DNA of 64,000 bases from Octopus sinensis (lineage: Eukaryota), in NCBI RefSeq assembly GCF_006345805.1, contig NC_043002.1, forward strand, positions 41,602,001 through 41,666,000. The letters run 5' to 3'. Both the position numbers and the translations under genes were made by a program. A model generated the notes under the pieces. The model saw only the letters and a list, made by a program, of their open reading frames with translations. It did not search any database and had not been told where the DNA came from. Positions within the stretch are counted from its first letter, which is position 1, and each line of letters begins with the position of its first letter. Shown piece after piece: positions 12,780-25,638 of the stretch.

Positions 12780-13265
12780 ATACTTACATACATACATACA
12801 TACAATCGTATGTACATACATACTATCGTACATATATACATACATACATACATACATACATACACTCGTACATACATACAATCGTACATACATACGTACA
12901 ATCGTACATAAATATATACACACATATATATACAGCATACATGCACACACAGCATATATACATGCACACACAGCATATATACATACACACACAGAGCATT
13001 CATACATATACTCATACATACATATATACACAGCATGCATACATATATACACAGCATACATACATATATACACAGCATACATACATATATACACAGCATA
13101 CATACATGCATGCACAGCATACATACATACACACAGCATACATACATACATACACACAGCATATATACATACATACATACATACATACATACATACATAC
13201 ATACACACACAGTATATATACATGCATACAATCATGCATACATACATTAATATACACACACATGC
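12780..13265. repeat. Compound (TACA)n microsatellite/minisatellite
   Basis: TACA backbone with repeated AATCGTAC units (12800-12910) and CACAGCATA units (12930-13190). Explains the 168-219 aa ORFs here. Confidence 0.95.
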
Positions 13266-13937
13266 ATATGTGTGTATGTTTTAAAAATATTGATTGTATT
13301 GTGGACCCTTATGTTGCAAGTTCAAATCTTACTGGGACCAATGAAATTAAGTACCAGTTAGATATTGATGTCAATTTAAATGTTATTATATCATTCTTGA
13401 TGTAAATGAGATTTTAATGGGTTTGAAGATGTAGGTGCTGGCATGGCTATGTGGTTAAGTTTGCTTCGCAACCACATAGTTTTGAGTTCAGTCTCACTGT
13501 GTAGCACCATCTGCTATAGCCTTGGCCAACAAAAACCTTGTGAGTGGAATTGGTTGATGGAAACTGAAAGAAGTCCGTTGTATAATGAAAATACATGAGA
13601 GAGTATGTGTTTGCATATATGATTGTGTGTGTGTTTTCCTGTCTCCTTGTCTTGACATTGTGTGCTAATTGTAAAAAAGCATCACTGTTCTTTCTTTGTA
13701 ATCTTCCTTGAAAACATGTCTAGCTATTGTGCTATTCATTTTCAAAGGACTAGAGGAAATATTGCCTTGCTTGGAAATAGGTGAGGTTGGGGACAGCAAG
13801 AGCATCCTACCATAGGAAATCTGCCTCTGATTTTAATCTGATCCATGCAAGCATAGAAATGTGAACATCAAAATGTTTATGAAGATGATGGTAACTGAAA
13901 TTATATTTATTTTCCAAAATGTTTATAATCTTGCACT

Positions 13938-14081
13938 AGTTGTGGGCAAATTGTGGCTCATGAGACTTCCTGAGTAAATGCCTAATGAAAAATTACCTTC
14001 AATTGTTTTAGTAGTGCAGCATGCCTGATGATGAGCCATGTATCACGAGGCTTGCTTCTTGTAAAAGGTTTCCTATGCCTG
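13938..14081. mobile_element. Possible hAT-Charlie MITE remnant
   Basis: Left CACTAGTTGTGGGCAAATTGTGGC; right AAAAGGTTTCCTATGCCTG followed by CTCTACAC (NTCTAGAN-like). The ends are not a clean TIR pair. Confidence 0.35.
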
Positions 14082-15697
14082 CTCTACACCAACTTTTGCT
14101 TTTTGTTCCATGCAAACAACAGTTTTGCTAATTCCTCACGTTAGAAAAATTTGGAACTTCAGAATCAGATGGATGTCTTTCATGGGACTTGCAACCAAAG
14201 ATGTACAGCGGGCTCTATACTTTCAGCTCTGCACTTCACTTACACATGGTGACCTGGTTAGCTGCTTGCTTTGGGAAGTTACTGAACCAGTCACACCTTT
14301 GCATAAAAAATAAGCACCTAACTGGTATGGTTTACAAAAAATCCATTTGTAAAATACTTCTTCTGGAATTTATTGCAAAATTAAGATTCTATAGAATTTT
14401 CAGACTTTATTCTAAATAAATGGAGACAAAGAAATGGGAAGTAAGTGTAAAAACAAACAAATGTGACACATGCTCACAGTAAGAAGTTGACATTCATTTA
14501 CATAAATGCATTCTCTATAGTGTGCATATCTGTGTGTGTGTGTGTGTGCTTGTACATAGACACACACTAACATCTCTTTACTTTTTATGTATGCACATTT
14601 TATTTGTTACACTTTTATCTCTCTCTGTCTCTCTTACTCATTTGAACTCGCAATATATTTGAAAGTAGATAGTTTCATTTTGGTTAAAAAAAAAATAGAA
14701 TGTGAAATTATATTTCTATTTGACAAACGAACCCAACCAGCAAATCTCTGTTGCTAAGGAAACTAATGTACATGCATGTATGTGTGTATGAGAGAGTATG
14801 TGCATGTGCATGAATGCATTGGAAAAAACTGAAAATAGCATTTTTTTTTGTTGTTAAAGTTTCCTTAGTTAATGGTTGTGTGTTCATCCAGTTAGAATCT
14901 CCGGTTGTGCTCTTGTTCTCTTATTAGTCGGGTCTTTTAGTGCATTGGATGAATTGTGGTAAATTATTTCTTTATTATTAATGAAATATAGACTAATAGG
15001 TGTGTGGAGTGGGGTATGCGAAGATATCCACCCAAATTAAACTCATACTTTGCTAGTCTTCTTCTCTCTCCTTCTCTCTTTCCCTCTCTGTTTCTCTTTC
15101 CCTCTCCTCTCTTTCCCTCACCTCCTCTCTCTCTATCTTTCCATCTCTCCTCTCTCTCTCTTTACATTGCACATGCATTAAAAATTAAATAGAATGCAGT
15201 GTTCAAAGTAGTTTTTTTTAGTTGGATTTTTCCTGATTTTGTTGGAAACAAATTAAAGCAATTTTGTTAGATTTCTGAGGCTAAAAGAAAATGGATAATA
15301 TATATATATATATGTATTCGTAAATAGGAAATAGTTACTTTTGATTAACTTGAAAGCAAAACCTTTCATTGATAAGCAGCCAAGCTTGTTATTTTCTTTA
15401 AAGGAAGTAAAACTGGGTATTGCAAGTGGAGGTAGAGGGAAACTGTGATACACATGCCTTTCCCCAATGGCAAGTAGTTAAACACAACTGAGATTATAGA
15501 ATGCTTGCTAAATGCGGTTCATTATTTAATTTTTGCTTTTTTTTGTTACAAATTTTCAAAATCCTTACAAATTTGATGTTGCTTTTCATTTTCCCCTTTG
15601 GGACTGATAAAATGTGTACAACTAACTGCCTTTAATACCCTGGGGTTGCTTATTTAATCAGTATATGCATACATATATGATGATGATGATGATATAC

Positions 15698-16162
15698 AGG
15701 CGCGATGCAGAATGTTAGCACGCCAGGCGAATGCGTAGCGTATTTCGTCTGCGTTAGTTCTGAGTTCAAATTCCGCGAGGTCGACTTTGCCTTTCATCCT
15801 TTCGGGGTCGATTAAATAAGTACCAGTTACGCACTGGGGTCGATGTAATCGACTTAATCCGTTTGTCTGTCCTGTTTTCTCCCTCTATGTTTAGCCGCTT
15901 GTGGTAATAAAGAAATAGGTATTTCATCTGCCGAAGGCGTGAGCTGAAAATGTTAGCACGCCAGGCGAAATGCGTAGCCGTATTTCGTCTGCCATTACGT
16001 TCTGAGTTCAAATTCCGCCAAGGTCGACTTTGCCTTTCATCCTTTCGGGGTCAATTAAATAAGTACCAGTTACGCACTGGGGTCGATGTAATCGACTTAA
16101 TCCATTTCACTGTCCTTGTTTGTCCTCTCTGTGTTTATCCCCTTGTGGGTAGTAAAGAAATA
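15698..16162 (+). mobile_element. Tandem dimer of young family B SINE (tail type 1)
   Basis: Two near-identical copies (15698-15917 and 15934-16162) with CpGs retained and a GAGTTCAAATTCC B-box. Confidence 0.9.
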
Positions 16163-17769
16163 GATACATATGTATAATGATAATGATGATGTTGATACAT
16201 ATGGTCCAAACCATTCCAGCATTGAACATGGACATTAAATGGTGATGATGATTGTGTGTGTGTGTGTGTGTGCTCCCCACCACTGCTTGACAACTGGTGT
16301 TGGTTTGTTTACATCCCTGTAACTTAGTGGTTCAGTAAAAGAGGTGATAAAACCAGTGCTTGGTTGATTTGTTCAACTAAAATCCATCAAGGCAGTGCTC
16401 CAGCATTGCCACAGTCCAATGACTGAAACAAGTAAAAAGGTACAGAGATTACTGCAACTATTGTAAAAATTTATATTATAATTCTGGGACAAATTCTCTT
16501 ATACAGCTAGGCATCGGTAAACATTTCCTTAAAAGTCCTAGCAACCAATTTATAAAATTTCTGACTGATATTAAGAAATACTTTGTAAAAATGTCTTAGA
16601 TAATATGCTACTCTTCCATCATCTTTATCTTTCAACATGAAGTTAAAATGTTAAATAATTTGTGTAGATATTAGATTATTGCATCAATTACAGAAATTTA
16701 TTTTATGATTCTGGGAATAATACTGAAACAATTGGCTTTCTAAATGTATCTTCTTAAAACCCATTGTAATCAATTTATTAAATTTCTGAGTGATATTAAG
16801 AAATAATTTGTAAGAAAAAGAAACAAAAAAAAAGTCGAAGATGAGGTGTTTGTTGTTGCCTTTTTGGTTTTTGGTCTTTTCAGTATCATTATGTTTTATC
16901 TTAAATCATTTCTTCCTTGTCGAGTAGCTTATGTGGCTTATCTAGTCTGTCTATATCATGTTTTTAAAATTGGTATTTCAGTTGGTTTTATTACTGTATA
17001 ATGTGGAATACTCTTGCAGAAATGTTTTGAACATGTGTTCCTGCTTCTTAGAGATGGAGAAAGAAGAGAGAGAGATCGTGTGGAGAAAATAGATTTTGTA
17101 TAATAGTTATGACTGTGGAATTATTACATCTACTTTTTCTTTTGTAAGCACACACACACACACACACACACATGGGGTGGAGGTATTTCAATTATATCTA
17201 AGTTTTTTGAAAGGAGCAAAAATAATGGATTTGCTGGTTGTAGTGATGTTGTGAGTTTAAAATGCCAAAGAAAAGAAGATACAAGAGGAAAAAGATAAAA
17301 AGAAAGGAAACTAAGTAAAAGTGGATATTGTTTTTATTTTCTTTTTTATTAATGGGAATTAACAATTTTATTATGGCTTTTGGTTTTGTACATTCCTACT
17401 TTATATTGTTTTTGTTTTGGGGGTTTAGCCCCAGGACACATTTGGCTGTACAGACATGATCAAAGGCATTCCAGTTATGACCTACTTCTTTCATTTACCC
17501 ACTTTTTTTTTTCTTAGACATAATGTAACTAGGATTATATTATCTAATTTGTCTATTTTTAAAACATTAAGACATGGTTTGAGGGAGATATTTAGTGGCT
17601 ATTTCTAACTGGTTGAATGACTGCTTAAAGCAGAGATTTTTAAGTGGTTGGTGTCATGGAAACCAAAGACCAATGGAGGGTATGTTTTCTATAAAGAAAA
17701 TATGATAAAATCCTTATTTTCTATTGTGATTATCTCTTATTATAATTCATGTATAAAATAAAACCAAGC

Positions 17770-18162
17770 TCTTTTACTTGTTTCAGTCATTTGACTGCGG
17801 CCATGCTGGAGTACCGCCTTTTCAGTCGAGCAAATCGACTCCAAGACTTATTCTTTGTAAGCCTAGTACTTATTCTATCGGTCTCTTTTGCTGAATCGCT
17901 AAGTTATGGGGATGTAAACACACCAGCATCGGTTGTCAAGTGGTGTTGGGTGGGGGGGACAAACATATACACACACATACATATATATATATACATACAC
18001 ACGATGGGCTTCTTTCAGTTTCCATCTACCAAATCCACTTACAAGGCTTTGGTCGGCCTGAGGCTATAATAGAAGACATTTGTCCAAGGTGCCATGTAGT
18101 GGGACTGAACCCGGAACCATGTGGTAGTTAAGCAAGCTACTTACCACACAGCCACTCCTGCG
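17770..18162 (-). mobile_element. SINE family A, full length, young
   Basis: CpG-rich, close to the apparent consensus. Confidence 0.9.
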
Positions 18163-18280
18163 TTTTTTTTTTTATCGCTATGTCAGGAGGCAAGGCGGTG
18201 CCCTTGATCTTTTACAAGACTTTTGAGACAGGTGGACTGAGAGAAGGTACCTTCAAAACAAGTGACCTCTGTCTTTACCT

Positions 18281-19050
18281 TCATCATTATCCTTGTCATC
18301 ATCACTATGACCATCATCCTTATTCTTGTCATTGCTTCATCATTGTCACTGCCTTCTTTGTCAGTGTCATCATCATCATCACCATTGTTGTCATTGCTGT
18401 TGTTCTCATTACCATCCTCATTACCATCATCCCTAATACTGTTGTCGTTGCTATCATAATTATTGCAGCCGTGCTCACTTACGTGGTGACCACCATCTTT
18501 GTCATCACTGCCATCATCATCATCATCATCATTATCATCATTATTGCCACTGCTGTCATCACTGCTATCAACACCACTATTGTTGTTATCCCATCCTCAT
18601 TCTCACATCGTCATTAGTTTCATCTTCATCATCATCATCATTGTCCCCCTCATTACCATTGTCATTACAATTCTCACCAGTATCTTCATCAGAGATTATT
18701 CAACACCATTGCCATCTTCATCATCATCATCATTACTTCACCACCACCACCATCATCATCACTATTCCACTACCTCTGTTGCTACGCCTGCTCCATCATC
18801 ATCATTGTCATCCCTACTTTACTATTATCATCATCATCATCATACTCATTGTCACTACTCTAGCAAAATCATTGCATCAGCCTTACCACTCCACTACCAT
18901 CATCATCATCACTACTCCATCAATATCACTATTAACATCATCTCTATTTTACCGACATCACTGTTTCTCCACTACCACCATCATCACTATTCCACCACCA
19001 TCATCACTGTACCACTGCCACCACCATCGTCATCCCACCATCATCATACT
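18281..19050. repeat. Degenerate (CAT/CAC/CAT-TAT)n trinucleotide low-complexity tract
   Basis: About 770 bp of ATC/ACC/ACT triplets, producing stop-poor His/Ser/Ile ORFs in all three + frames. Confidence 0.9.
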
Positions 19051-20371
19051 GCTTTTCTCTCTTTTTTTTTTGTTTTTAGCTAAAAGCTCACAGATAAGAG
19101 AGAATCTAAGATGAACTTTGTCTAATTTTTGTTTGTCTTTTAGTAAAGACCAGTACCAGTATTGGTGTCTTGTTCTACAAAGAATTCTATGATGCATTTA
19201 CACTGAAAAACATCAAACTTCTACATTGCATCTGATGATTGACCCTAGTAAAGGATTGAAATCATGATACTGCAATTGTTAGTTTTGTGATGTCTCTATC
19301 TTTGGCATATAGCCTAAAAATTCTTCCAAAAAACAACAAAAAAATATCACCTAAGTATGTGTATGTATGTTGAATTTAATCTTCCTAAAACGAACTATGT
19401 ATATATTCTTAACCTCTCTCACCCTCCCCTCTTTTATTTTTTTTGTTTCATGATACCTCATTTACATATAATATGCAAATTGGCTGAGTTTTATTTTTTA
19501 TTTTTTTTACAATTTATTTTTACATTTTTATTTTTTTCGGTATTGATAGCTAGGGCATAAAGAGAAGTACATTTTACTAAAGACTGAACTGTTTATTTTC
19601 TTAAATGATGCAAACATTAAAAATTTGTTTGTTTAAAACCAAAACGTTTTGTTGACCGTGGAAAATGTTCATTAGATTCATTAATGGTTGAACGACTTAT
19701 TGAGTTGTTGCATAGTTATTTATTTATTTATGTGTTTATTTATTCATTCTTTCATTTCGTTTTTGTCTTTGCACTAACTTCTGCTTCTTAAAGTCATTTA
19801 CTAATCTTAATCATTATACAAAGGAAAAAAAAATAAACCCACTGATAACAATAACAATAATAATAACAATAACAATCACATCATTGATTTTGAACAAACT
19901 AATTTTATTTTATGTTGAAAGCTATAACTAATTTAAAATTGTTAGTGTTTATCAACAGTTGGAAGTTTTGCTTAAAGCTGAATATGTAATTAAATTCAGT
20001 TTTAAAGTTTGTTGCCATAAAAGTTTAACTCATAAATGTCAAAATAGCAAAAGGAGCTTCTATGCAAATAATTTCAACTTGTTTAATGTAGCAGTGAAAT
20101 CTCGTTTAGCAATCAACTTTCTATCATATTTTAGTAGTACACCACATATTTTAACTACTAAATCTCTCAGTCAATGAGGTGAACTGTATATGGTTACTTG
20201 ACCTGTTAGAGTTAGTAACCAAATCTCCTTCAATTCATAGTCTTTTTTTTTTTTGAAAAAAAAAAAAGAAAGAAAAAAGGAAAAAATAATGAAAGCTTTT
20301 GTGCAAATAATTTTAACTTGTTTAATGTAACTATGAAATTTCATTTAGCAATCAATTTTCTATCATATTTT

Positions 20372-21240
20372 ATCAACCCCAACCAAAAAGATGAAAGGTA
20401 AAGTCAACCTCGGTAGAGTTCGAACTCAATGTAAGGATGAACAAAATGCCACAGAGCATTTTGCCCAGCACGCTAATGTTTCTGCCAGCTTGCTGCTCTA
20501 GTAGTACTAGTAGTAGTAGTAGTAGTAGTAGTCCTTTCTACTATAGACACAAGGCCTGAAATTTGGGGAGGAAGCTAGTTGATTACATCAAGCCCATCAC
20601 TCAACTGGTACTTATTTCATTGACCCCGAAAGAATGAAAGCAAAGATGACCACAGCAGAATTTGAATTCAGAACATAAGGATGGGTGAAATACCACTAAG
20701 CATTTTGCCTTGCATATTAAAAATTCTGCCAGTTTGTTGCCGTAATAATAATAATGATAATAATAATCCTTTCTACTGTAGGCACAAGGCCTGAAATTTT
20801 GGTGGAGGGGACTAGTTAATTACAGAGGGGACAAACAAGGACAGACAAAGGGATTAAGTTGATTACATTGACCCCAGTGCGTAACTGGTACTTAATTTAT
20901 CGACCCTGAAAGGATGAAAGGCAAAGTCGACCTCGGCGGAATTTGAAATCAGAACGTAAAAACAGACGAAATACTGCTAAGCATTTCGCCCAGCGTGCTA
21001 ACGTTTCTGCCAGTTCGCCACCTTAATAATAGTAATAATAATAATAATAATAATAATGGTTTTAAATTTTGCCATAAAAGCAGCAGTTTGGGGGGAGGGG
21101 GTGAGTTGATTGCATTGACCCCAGTGTTCAACTGGTACTTTTTTTATCAACCCCAAATGATGAAAGGTAAAGTCAACCCCAGTGGAATTTGAACTCAGAA
21201 CATAGTGAATAATAATAATGGTAATAATAATAATAATAAT
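20372..21240 (-). mobile_element. Array of four head-to-tail family B SINEs joined by (AGT)n/(AAT)n
   Basis: Units at about 20372-20499, 20533-20743, 20768-21024 and 21057-21206. Confidence 0.85.
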
Positions 21241-21299
21241 AATGATGATAATGATAATAATACAAGAAAGAAAATTGGGATATAATTCTTAGAATGGAT

Positions 21300-21980
21300 T
21301 TTAAGCAAGCACTTTGTTGGAGAGCATATTCTTTTGAACCTGGAAGGATGGAAACCAAAGTAGACACTGTTCTTATTTGAAATTTTTCCAATGAAAATCC
21401 AAACTTTGCTTATTGTAAATCTTGCTGGTTTGAGTACCTTTCCTTCAAACAGCATGTTTTGCTGAAATTTATGTTTTATGAAAAGCATAGATTATAGAAT
21501 TCCATTATGAAAAGCATTTACCATGGGATTCCAGAAGAGAAATTGTTTACTTAGCTCTGCTTTTGATTTTGTGTTGTCAATGCAAACCCACGCCAGTTTT
21601 CTTGGATTTGGGACTTTCTCTGATACTTTAGAAAATATTAAGTGTAAACTCTGCCACTTCTTTTATTTTTAGCAAGTGAAGTTCTTTTTCTTTTTTTTCA
21701 ATTTATTATCTCATCCACTTACTTAGTTTAGCTGTGATGCATCTGGTATTAAGGACATTTATCTGATAACACCATTTTTACAGTGCTCCATGTTGTTGTG
21801 TTGTTGAGATGGATTATCATCACCAACAGGGGTAGAATACTTCATTAGATATTTACAAGCAGTGTGATCCTGTTTCAGAAACACATGAATGAACCCCCGG
21901 GAAAAGAAATAAAATAAAGTTATGAAATGCTTCATTCCCCCCATGGGAGATCTTGTCATTAACTTGAAATGCTTGTGTGA
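21300..21980 (-). mobile_element. Second, heavily decayed Academ/XPG-like transposon relic
   Basis: Minus-strand fragments ISHGGNEAFHN..FP, VDEIIN..KRTSLAKNKRSG, SQIQENWRGF, KSKAELSKQFL and EKFQIRTVSTLVSI occur in the expected order. Confidence 0.45.
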
Positions 21981-22167
21981 ATAGTAACTCGTGTGCTTTT
22001 CTTGTAGCTCTCCTCAGTTAGAAAGCACAAATGGCAAGCAGGCAACTTGTTCAGTTACTTTCCCTTTAGGAACATTTGATAGTAATATCTATTTCCATAT
22101 TTTAGTTTATGTATCTGTGTATACATACACAATCATTGTGTTTATATGTATACAAAGGCATATCTTA

Positions 22168-22178
22168 TACATGCACAT

Positions 22179-22223
<45 letters not shown>

Positions 22224-22335
22224 CCTCTCTCTCTCTCTCTCTCGTGTGTGTGTGTGTGTGTGTGTATGTGTGTATATATATATATATATGTGTGTGTGTA
22301 TATATATATATGTGTGTGTGTGTATATATATATAT
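22168..22335. repeat. Compound (CT)n-(GT)n-(TA)n microsatellite
   Basis: Direct reading. Confidence 0.95.
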
Positions 22336-22829
22336 AAATGTATAATAAAAACAAAATTTAAATGTGGTCCTGGGGATGACAAAGGAGTTTACAGAAAACC
22401 AGGTAAAAACGAATTCAGTGGATGAGGGCATGCCCAGTCCCTCATCACTTATTGACTAAATATCACCACAATTTCAACATATATATAAATATATTGATAT
22501 GTTGAAAAAATGTGTGTGTGTGTGTGTGTGTTTAAGTCGTCTAAGCCAGAAAAAAATGCACTCATAGAGTGAGTATATTATCCAAAGTGTACAGTATTAT
22601 ATACTTATTTTTATATACTCATTATGGCCAGTCTTACCAATTAGTTTTGTCCTAGGGATTCACTGGAGTGTTACGATTGAAACAGTTGTAATGATTAATA
22701 GAAATTCTCATATCTTTCATCTTCCGTCTCTCATTAACCAAATACACAATGAACACTGTGAAAGTGAACGTGTTTTACTGGTAAGCTACCAAGGATAAAC
22801 CATACAATTTATTATCTAATATTGGCAAC

Positions 22830-23142
22830 TGGCAACAGCCAACTGGCTTCCATACCTGTGGCACGTACAAGGGCACCATTCGAGCGTGATTGTTACCAAC
22901 GTTGCTTCACTGGCACCCGTAAAAAGATTCGAGCGAGGTCATTGCCAGTACCGCCTGACTGTCCCCTGTGCTGATGACACGTAAAAAAGCACCCACTACA
23001 CTCTCAGAGTGGTTGGCGTTAGGAAGGGCATCCAGCTGTAGAAACTTTGCCAGATCAAGATTGGAGCCTGGTGTAGCCCTCAGTCAAAATCGTCCAACCC
23101 ATGCTAGCATGGAAAGTGGACAGTAAACGATGATGATGATGA
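22830..23142 (+). mobile_element. RTE LINE 3' UTR with repeat units and (GAT)n tail
   Basis: GGCGTTAGGAAGGGCATCCAGCTGTAGAAAC...CCAACCCATGCTAGCATGGAAAGTGGAC..AAACGATGATGATG. The same UTR is joined to RTE ORF2 at 49590-50345. Confidence 0.8.
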
Positions 23143-23161
23143 TATATATATATATATATAT

Positions 23162-23530
23162 TATTGGTGAATTGAAGAAATGGAGCTGAACGCAGATTGA
23201 CCAGAAATCGTTTTATTTCATTCTACACGTGTTTAATCTGTTGATTAATCTACTACAAGATTATTCATCTTTCTATTTCACATAATATATATATATATAT
23301 ATATATATACATTTTGACCTTCGAAACGTGGAGTAGATGAAATTAAGGCGACTGAAGAAAGGGAATTTTCCTTGTTTTGTATGTCCTGTACTCTATTTTT
23401 TTTCGTTGTTTTAAAAAAATGTCCATCTCCTTGGTTTTGTGTTTATGTTTTCGTTTCTCATTGTGTTCGACGTTTTTTTTGTGTCCTGTACCCATATATG
23501 CATGTATATATACATGTAGAGGTACGTACA
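23162..23530. mobile_element. Penelope-like pseudo-LTR fragments embedded in (TA)n, with hammerhead-like boxes
   Basis: Minus-strand AAACACGTGTA palindrome at 23224-23234. Plus-strand GAAAC-GTGGA-GTA (23323-23335) and CTGAAGA (23352-23358). Confidence 0.45.
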
Positions 23531-23555
23531 TACATATATGTATGTATATATGCAT

Positions 23556-23672
<117 letters not shown>

Positions 23673-24571
23673 TTCACTTTTGTGTGTCGACAGGTCTCTG
23701 GTTGGACAGCTCCTGTCAAACTGTCCAACCCATGCCAGCATGGAAAAAAGACATTAATCAATGCTGATGATATGTGTATGTATACATAGGTGTACATGTG
23801 TGTGCATGCACATTAGTGTACGTATGCATGTAATATATTTCTCCATGGCCAGGCATATTTCCACAGAATATTAGAAATGAATGACTCCACCTCTATGACA
23901 GTAATACTCATTTACAGCTGTAACATAGTATGAAGACAAGGAGATACAAACACACATGTGCATGCACACACACATGATGGGCCTTTTTCAGTTACCCTCT
24001 TCCAGATCAACTCACAAGACTTTGGTCAGCCTGGGGATATAGCAAAAGACACTTGACCAAGATGCCACTCAGTGGAACTGAACCTGAAACCATGTGGTTG
24101 GGAAGCAAACATCTCAACCATACAGTCTTGCCTGTGGTGTGATATGTATGTATGTATATATGTGTATGAATGTGTCTGTGTGCCTGTATGTGTGTGAGAC
24201 TGGTTTCGGTCATTAAAAATTTCATCTGCACACTTGTGATCAACCCGAAACTCTGGAAGAAATTGCTATGTAAATGAAACCTGAAACAGCATGATCACAA
24301 AACAAGCTTTATAACCACTCAGCCATCCTTGAACCCAAACTTTATTTAGTCAGATGTGTGTGTGTGCGTGTGTGCGTGCGCGCCGGAAATCATTAAATTT
24401 TCACAATTCTAGGTTTCTTATAAGTTTTATTTTTTCACCCTCCCCCTCTTCAACAGTTTGATGTATTCGGAATGTCTTCAGAAATTTTTTAATGAAACTT
24501 ATGACATTTTACTTTTATTTGCTTGTCGATTTTTATATTCATTTTGATTTCATTGGTGGGGAATTACGTAT

Positions 24572-24606
<35 letters not shown>

Positions 24607-25638
24607 GTATTCATACACACATAAACATACTCATATGCATAAACAAACACAGTTTGTTTATTTTTATTTCCCCTTTTGTTTTCTTTTGATTCTCATTAAA
24701 TATAATAGCTAAATATAAAACCCGAAGATATTTTAAAGCAATTTGATCTTTTGGATATTTTTCTTTCTTCAATGCAAAGAAGTTAATCCTCAAATGTCAT
24801 ATGAAGCTTAAGTTGCTGCATAAACATCCTAATGAGTTGATGATGTGGGGTTAGAAAAAAAACTTCATTTTGGCATATGATGTACCATGATATTGCCAAG
24901 GGGTTATCAACCGGTATATCCTGTTATTTTATATATTTTTTTTATTGTATTAACTTGTTGCTGGTGATGGGGAAGGAAAGAATAAAATTAATTTAAAAAA
25001 AAAGCAAAAAGTTATCAAAAATATTAATATTCTTTGAACACTTTTTTTTCTTACATTATAATAAAAAATGCTAAGTGCAAAGATTGTTACTGCAAAATTT
25101 ATTTTGGAATCCTTTTTCAACGGTGTTTGAGAAACAAAATATATCTTTAATCCCATTGCCTGTGTGTTTTTGAAGTAAGCTGAATTATAGTTTAGTGACT
25201 CAGTGGAGTGGTGGGTCCTACTGGACAATAGTTGAATGGACACAATGGATACAGTATTAAAAAACCTGGTGTTTAAATTTACTCTTAGTGTTTACATTGT
25301 ATATAAATATTCTTGAGCAAAACACTTCATTCCATGTTGCTCCAGTTCACTCAGTTGGCAAAAATGAGTAATCCTGCGATGAACCAGCATCCTGTCCTGG
25401 TGCAGAGTATATACACCATGAAACCAGGAAACTGGCCCTTGTGAGTTGACTTGACATGAGACAGTAGCTTTACTTTTACCTTGCTAGTCTTTGGTCTGAT
25501 GGTCAGTGTCATTGTCCTAATGCACTGGCCTCCACTTTTTTTCTGTTACCAAATTTCACTCACAGCACTTGTTTGATCCAAAGTTGTTGCAGAAGACCCT
25601 TGCCCAAGATGCATACAGTGGGATTTAATCCAAAACCA

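Noticed and set aside
12719-13405. 168-219 aa ORFs (YIHT/MYVC repeats)
   Set aside because: They are translations of the TACA compound repeat. The same applies to ORFs at 11488-11915, 22107-22431, 23343-23797, 45068-45387 and 60697-61427.
14928-14958. Other micro-exon-like segments (also 33910-33930, 34835-34856, 47105-47123)
   Set aside because: The splice motifs are plausible but not distinguishable from chance without RNA data; 47105 also lies at the end of a decayed SINE.
18180-19114. His/Ser/Ile-rich ORFs as a real gene
   Set aside because: All three frames are open because of repeat composition; there is no domain and no convincing start or splice context.
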